From the NCBI GenBank assembly GCA_045810735.1, contig JBJMVL010000101.1:5187-69186 (forward strand): a stretch of DNA of 64,000 nt, given 5' to 3'. The DNA is from Alphaproteobacteria bacterium (GTDB lineage Bacteria > Pseudomonadota > Alphaproteobacteria > Micropepsales > Micropepsaceae). The position numbers and the translations under genes are program-made. Below, piece by piece: positions 60,770 through 64,000 of the stretch (positions are counted from its first letter, which is position 1; every line of letters begins with the position of its first letter). A model generated the notes under the pieces. The model saw only the letters and a program-made list of their open reading frames with translations. It was not told the origin of the DNA and did not search any database.

Positions 60770-61444
60770 TTACCAGACGCTGGCGAGATTTGCGCGCAGG
60801 CTTGCCGACGCGGGATTTCTGACCTGATCCGTCAGAACATCTCTCACCGTTACCGGTCGACCGTAAAAGGCCGCGTTGTTGCTGTCTTGCGGCGCAACGA
60901 TCGAGCCGTTCAAGGTAATCCCCCCGTAAGCGCCTTTCGCCACCGCCCACACAAGGATATCGCCCGACAGATTTCCCGGCGTTGCCGCTTCGGCCGATGC
61001 GCCCAGCGTGATCACCGTCAGGCCCGCGCCAGCACCAAGTTTGACCTTGCCCTGCTCGATGCCGAGCAGCGCGCGATCACTCATGATGAACATCACAAGC
61101 TGTGCCTGTTCCAGACCGATCTGCAGCCCAAAGGAAGCCGAACCCAGGCTGTAAAACACCGGCTGGCTCCATCCCCTGCGGGCGCGCACAACGAGAACGC
61201 CGCTACCGCCCTCGGCGCCGAATATGAATCCGCCCTTGACGAGCGCCGGCACGATCAGCACAGCGCGCGCCTTGCGGAGCGTGGCGCGCGCTTTCGAGAA
61301 CACCGGATCGTGCTTGAGATCGGACACCGTTGCATTGGCGTGCGCCAAAATCGACATTTCGTCTGCCGCGCGCGCCGCCTGCCCAAAGCCGATCAATGTC
61401 GCCGCCAAAGCCGCGGCGGCCGCTAGGTTGAGAAACCGTTTCAT
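60770..61444 (-). CDS. Ysc84/SYLF lipid-binding domain exported protein
   Basis: KGGFIFGAEGGSG, SFGLQIG, GAYGGITLNGS and NAAFYG. Confidence 0.88.
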   Translation of the reverse strand: MKRFLNLAAAAALAATLIGFGQAARAADEMSILAHANATVSDLKHDPVFSKARATLRKARAVLIVPALVKGGFIFGAEGGSGVLVVRARRGWSQPVFYSLGSASFGLQIGLEQAQLVMFIMSDRALLGIEQGKVKLGAGAGLTVITLGASAEAATPGNLSGDILVWAVAKGAYGGITLNGSIVAPQDSNNAAFYGRPVTVRDVLTDQVRNPASASLRANLASVW

Positions 61445-61532
61445 CCTTCCCTCCATGTCTGCCGCGCCTGCCGGAGAATTCGCCGGAAAGCACGGGACTG
61501 TCGTCAAACGCTCCCTGCGTGCAGTTATTAAA

Positions 61533-61922
61533 CTACTTGGCCTTCAACATCGAAGCGGTCGCTGAGGCATCGTTCCGCGCCGCTTTCAGATTGCTCGCCG
61601 CCAGTCCTTCGCGTGCCTTCTCGGCCGCGGCTTCGAGCGATGCTTTCTTCGAAGCATCTGCCGTGTCCGGAATGGCGCCCTTGCCGCTTTGCGCGCAGGG
61701 GTTCATCTCCTTTGCGTCGAAACTTTTGCCCCCGGGGCCGACCAAGCAGTTGAGCGCGTGATGCAGGTGGCTGTGCACACCATTGATATCTGAGGCGCCG
61801 GCAGCCAGTTCGGCATGGGTTGCAGCCGTGACCGTCTCAGAACCGGCATCTGCCTGCACAGCCGTCGAGAAAACCAATGCGTAAGCCACTGCCAATAACG
61901 CTTGGGATAATGCGCGGCTCAT
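61533..61922 (-). CDS. Small exported His/Cys-containing hypothetical protein
   Basis: GGAGG RBS; signal peptide; THAELA..HSHLHHALNCLVGP..NPC. Confidence 0.72.
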   Translation of the reverse strand: MSRALSQALLAVAYALVFSTAVQADAGSETVTAATHAELAAGASDINGVHSHLHHALNCLVGPGGKSFDAKEMNPCAQSGKGAIPDTADASKKASLEAAAEKAREGLAASNLKAARNDASATASMLKAK

Positions 61923-62062
61923 CGAACCCTCCTTGTCCTGTCTAGCCATAATTGGGGCGCGCCGCTCGCGCGCTTGTCAATGCGGGAATTCCAGCACAGC
62001 ATGGTCCGCCGGTGCCAACACGACACAAGAGGCTGGCCAGTGTCAGGCAGAGGACGACCGTG

Positions 62063-62974
62063 ATGGAGGCTTCCGCGCACCAGCTGGGAAACCCCCGGCC
62101 TTCGCCGTCGCGAAGATTTTTGAATTTTCTCACATTCGGCGCGCGCACCCGGCCCGATGAGCCGAGAATTCCTTTTTATCGCCATGCACTTGCGGTGCGC
62201 ATCACCCACTGGCTGAATGCGGGCGTGCTGCTCGTAATGCTGATGAGCGGCCTGCAGATCTTCAATGCGCATCCCGCCCTCTATTGGGGCGCGCAGTCGA
62301 ACTTCGCGCATCCGCTCCTGTCGTTCTCCGCCTTGCAGAATTCCGCCGGGCAGGTGGTGAGAGGCATTACGCAAATCGGATCGTGGCAGTTTAACACCAC
62401 CGGCATCCTGGGTGCCTCGCGGATGGACGGCGTGTTGGTGGTGCGTGGTTTTCCGGCCTGGGCGACCCTGCCCGGCCCGCAATGGCTGGCGATGGGGCGT
62501 GTTTGGCATTTCTTTTTCGCTTGGCTGTTCGTGATTAACGGCGCGCTCTTCGCGCTCTACGCCCTCGCTCGCGGACATGTCCGCGATCTCCTTCCCACCG
62601 CGCGCGATTTTCGCAACCTGCCGCATGAGATCGTCGAGCACATCCGGCTGTGCTTTCCCAAGGGGGAAGACGCAAAGCGCTACAATGCGCTGCAGAAGCT
62701 CGCCTACTTCACCGTGATTTTCATTCAAGGGCCCCTGGTGGTGCTGACTGGCCTCACCATGTCGCCCACGATGGACGCGGCGTTCCCATTCCTGCCATGG
62801 CTATTCGGCGGGCGGCAGAGCGCGCGCACCATTCACTTCCTTTGCGCCTTCTCCTTCGTGGCGTTCTTTGTCGTTCACATCGTGATGGTGGTTCTCTCGG
62901 GCACCTGGAACAATCTGCGCTCAATGATCACCGGCCGCTATTTGATCGAAGGCGACGGAGGTACGCGTGCCTGA
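62063..62974 (+). CDS. Cytochrome b/b6-domain membrane protein
   Basis: RITHWLN, WHFFFAW, YNALQKLAY and ARTIHF..VHIVMV heme-ligating His. Confidence 0.88.
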   Translation: MEASAHQLGNPRPSPSRRFLNFLTFGARTRPDEPRIPFYRHALAVRITHWLNAGVLLVMLMSGLQIFNAHPALYWGAQSNFAHPLLSFSALQNSAGQVVRGITQIGSWQFNTTGILGASRMDGVLVVRGFPAWATLPGPQWLAMGRVWHFFFAWLFVINGALFALYALARGHVRDLLPTARDFRNLPHEIVEHIRLCFPKGEDAKRYNALQKLAYFTVIFIQGPLVVLTGLTMSPTMDAAFPFLPWLFGGRQSARTIHFLCAFSFVAFFVVHIVMVVLSGTWNNLRSMITGRYLIEGDGGTRA

Positions 62975-63746
62975 CCGCCGCAAATTCCTCAGCGCCGCGG
63001 CCGCGAGCGCCGGCGCGCTGTCGCTCGCTGGCTGCAAGTCCCTGTCGCAGACGCCGTGGGTACAGGATGTGCTTTACACGGCCGAGGGGCTGACGCGACG
63101 GGTGCAGCGCCTGTTCGCCGGCAGCCACGCTCTGGCGAAGGAATATACCAAAGCCGACATCGCGCCGGTATTCCGCGCCAATGGCACGATCAATCCGCCG
63201 ACCGACGACTATCAGCAGCATGTGAAGGAGGGTTTCGCCTCTTGGGAAGTGACGGTGGACGGGCTGGTCGAACACCCGCTGACCCTTACGCTCGCCGATC
63301 TGCGCAAGCTGCCGTCGCGCACCCAAATCACGCGGCACGATTGTGTGGAAGGCTGGTCCTGCATTGGCGAGTGGACCGGCGCGCCGCTGCGCGCCGTGCT
63401 GGCGATGGCGAAGCCCAAGCCCAACGCGCGCTATTGCGTGTTCCATTGCGCCGATCCCATGACCGACACAGACAGTGATGGCGTGGCGGACGCCGACTTT
63501 TATTATGAGAGCCACGATCTGCTCGAATGCCTGCATCCGCAGACGCTGCTCGCCTATGATTTGAACGGCAAGCCGCTGCCGGTCGCCAACGGTGCGCCGG
63601 TGCGCCTCCGGGCGGAACGCCAGCTGGGCTACAAACAGGCGAAATACGTCGAGCGCATCGAACTTGTGGAAAGCTTCGCCCATATCGGCGGCGGCAGGGG
63701 CGGCTATTGGGAAGACCAGGGATACAACTGGTACGGCGGGATCTAA
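62967..63746 (+). CDS. Molybdopterin-binding oxidoreductase (sulfite oxidase/MsrP-like), Tat lipoprotein
   Basis: DRRKFL Tat motif; LAGC lipobox; HDCVEGWS; NGAPVRL..LGYKQAKY; GYWED. Confidence 0.88.
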   Translation: MPDRRKFLSAAAASAGALSLAGCKSLSQTPWVQDVLYTAEGLTRRVQRLFAGSHALAKEYTKADIAPVFRANGTINPPTDDYQQHVKEGFASWEVTVDGLVEHPLTLTLADLRKLPSRTQITRHDCVEGWSCIGEWTGAPLRAVLAMAKPKPNARYCVFHCADPMTDTDSDGVADADFYYESHDLLECLHPQTLLAYDLNGKPLPVANGAPVRLRAERQLGYKQAKYVERIELVESFAHIGGGRGGYWEDQGYNWYGGI

Positions 63747-63807
63747 CGCGGCTTGAACCCGGCTTGACCTCACCCACATTCAATTAAAATTCACGCGAGG
63801 AAAGACC

Positions 63808-64000
63808 ATGGCCGACGTCGCACAGGCCCAGCCAATCCGCAATCAGGAAAGCCTCAGAGGCACAGCCATCCTTTGCTATGGGCTGTATCTATTCGGCTGG
63901 CCTACGGTGCATATCGCGACTCTCGTGGCGCTGGTGCTGGCCTATGTCCTGCGCCGCGACGCCCAGGGCACCATCTGGGAATCGCACTTCCGCAATCTTA
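63808..64000 (+). CDS. DUF4870-like membrane protein, truncated by window end
   Basis: GAGG RBS; MADVAQ...CYGLYLFG..VLAYVLRRDAQGTIWESHFRN, open to the window edge. Confidence 0.65.
   Translation, partial: MADVAQAQPIRNQESLRGTAILCYGLYLFGWPTVHIATLVALVLAYVLRRDAQGTIWESHFRNL

Overview
GC-rich alphaproteobacterial chromosome segment. The gcrA, rcdA and Cys-free L31 genes point to Alphaproteobacteria, but the genus cannot be fixed from the sequence alone. Contents in order: (1) the 3' part of a tRNA-Gly(GCC); (2) a ~20 kb hopanoid locus with hpnN, hpnM, a second MlaC-like gene, ispA, ispH-hpnH and a coupled minus-strand run hpnI-hpnJ-[diiron ferritin-like gene]-hpnL-hpnA-hpnB-hpnC-hpnD-hpnE-shc-[VOC gene]-hpnG, with no hpnK, hpnO, hpnP or hpnR visible; (3) two tandem secreted multicopper oxidases with SCO and cytochrome c; (4) a GT4 / amylo-alpha-1,6-glucosidase pair; (5) core genes hslO, rcdA, rpmE, an ABC exporter and gcrA; (6) a ~5.3 kb block between gcrA and argD holding a candidate sRNA/mini-ORF and repeat-rich exported proteins; (7) metabolic genes, a ligC-PrimPol-DUF72 operon, a type IB topoisomerase and a branched-chain keto-acid dehydrogenase operon; (8) a frameshifted thiolase relic and a cytochrome b / Mo-oxidoreductase pair. 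No CRISPR array, integrase or transposase was seen. The best novelty candidates are the diiron protein in the usual hpnK position, the ligC-PrimPol-DUF72 operon with EcfG-like promoters, and the regulatory region next to gcrA. All family calls come from motif recognition by eye; no database search was run.
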